Positions 63,401 through 64,000 of a stretch of 64,000 nt of DNA are shown piece after piece; position 1 is the stretch's first letter, and each line of letters begins with the position of its first letter. The stretch comes from Felis catus (taxonomy: Eukaryota): contig NC_058368.1 of the NCBI RefSeq assembly GCF_018350175.1, forward strand, positions 149,732,001 through 149,796,000. Direction: 5' to 3'. The position numbers and the translations under genes were made by a program. The notes beneath the pieces were generated by a model. It was not told the DNA's origin. It saw nothing but the letters and a program-made list of their open reading frames with translations, and made no database searches.

Positions 63401-64000
63401 TATGTTACTCATTTACATGTAATACAGATAATACTAGGATAGGAGTGGTGAGGAATGAAGTGGGAGAAAGGGCAAGTACTTAGAAGTTCTTCCCTTAGGC
63501 TTGACATGGTAAATTGTCTTTCATTAAATGATTCAGATAGCCTCACAGTGGATTTTGCTTCTGACCACCATTATCTTAATTTTAAAGCAAGTTATGGAGA
63601 ATGGATGCTATTATCGCTCATTGTTTGAATGGTCAGTGTATGTATGGTAGGTGTATCATCTTGAAATCACCTGCAGTACATTTCAATTGTGGGCTAAGTT
63701 AGAAACAGTTATCAGATACAATTTACTGGTAACTTCTCCCTATGTCTAATCATTATATCAACAAGATTTGGGGCATAATTTTAGGCATTTCAGTTATTTT
63801 TGTGAATAAAACAATGAACATTTTAGGGGGCAGAAATATAAAAGAATGTACAGTCTACTTGAAAGATGAGGCATTAATGACAGAGACATAAGATGAGAAA
63901 ATTAATCTTACAGATGTGTGGTGCAGATACATTTTTCAAATTAGGAGATAGTTGTGGAAGGGTTTAAAGAATGAAAGTATCTGAATGAATAAATTGAAAT

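Larger units (their letters stand above)
57934..64000 (+). other. RASA1: RASA1 intron 1 (5' part)
   Basis: Starts GTAAGT; AT-rich with interspersed repeats; no exon encoding the following SH2 domain (WYHG...) seen. Confidence 0.9.

Overview
Mammalian genomic DNA from a carnivoran, very probably a felid: there are about 30 Can-SINE/SINEC copies, two of them young, CpG-intact SINEC_Fc-type. Bases 1-56,200 are repeat-rich, apparently intergenic sequence (L1, L2, MIR, MLT1/MLT2, LTR16-like, MER5A, SINEC, microsatellites) with no supportable host coding exon. From about 56,300 there is a CpG-island promoter, the 5' leader and first coding exon of RASA1 (p120 RasGAP; + strand, CDS 57419-57933, phase-2 donor CA|GTAAGT), then about 6 kb of intron 1. 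Exon 2 is not in the window. The best leads are: (1) an upstream ATG-(TG)n microsatellite in the RASA1 leader followed by three GTRAG donor motifs, one per reading frame, which could form a slippage-proof alternative micro-exon or uORF; (2) a ~370-bp templated insertion in an old L1, bounded by a 63-bp-arm hairpin and a perfect 74-bp palindrome; (3) a TSD-flanked L1 3' transduction; (4) apparent absence of the start codon and donor for the human placental p100-GAP isoform. Repeat subfamily names and most repeat boundaries were assigned by eye and are approximate. None of the functional hypotheses can be proven from sequence alone.
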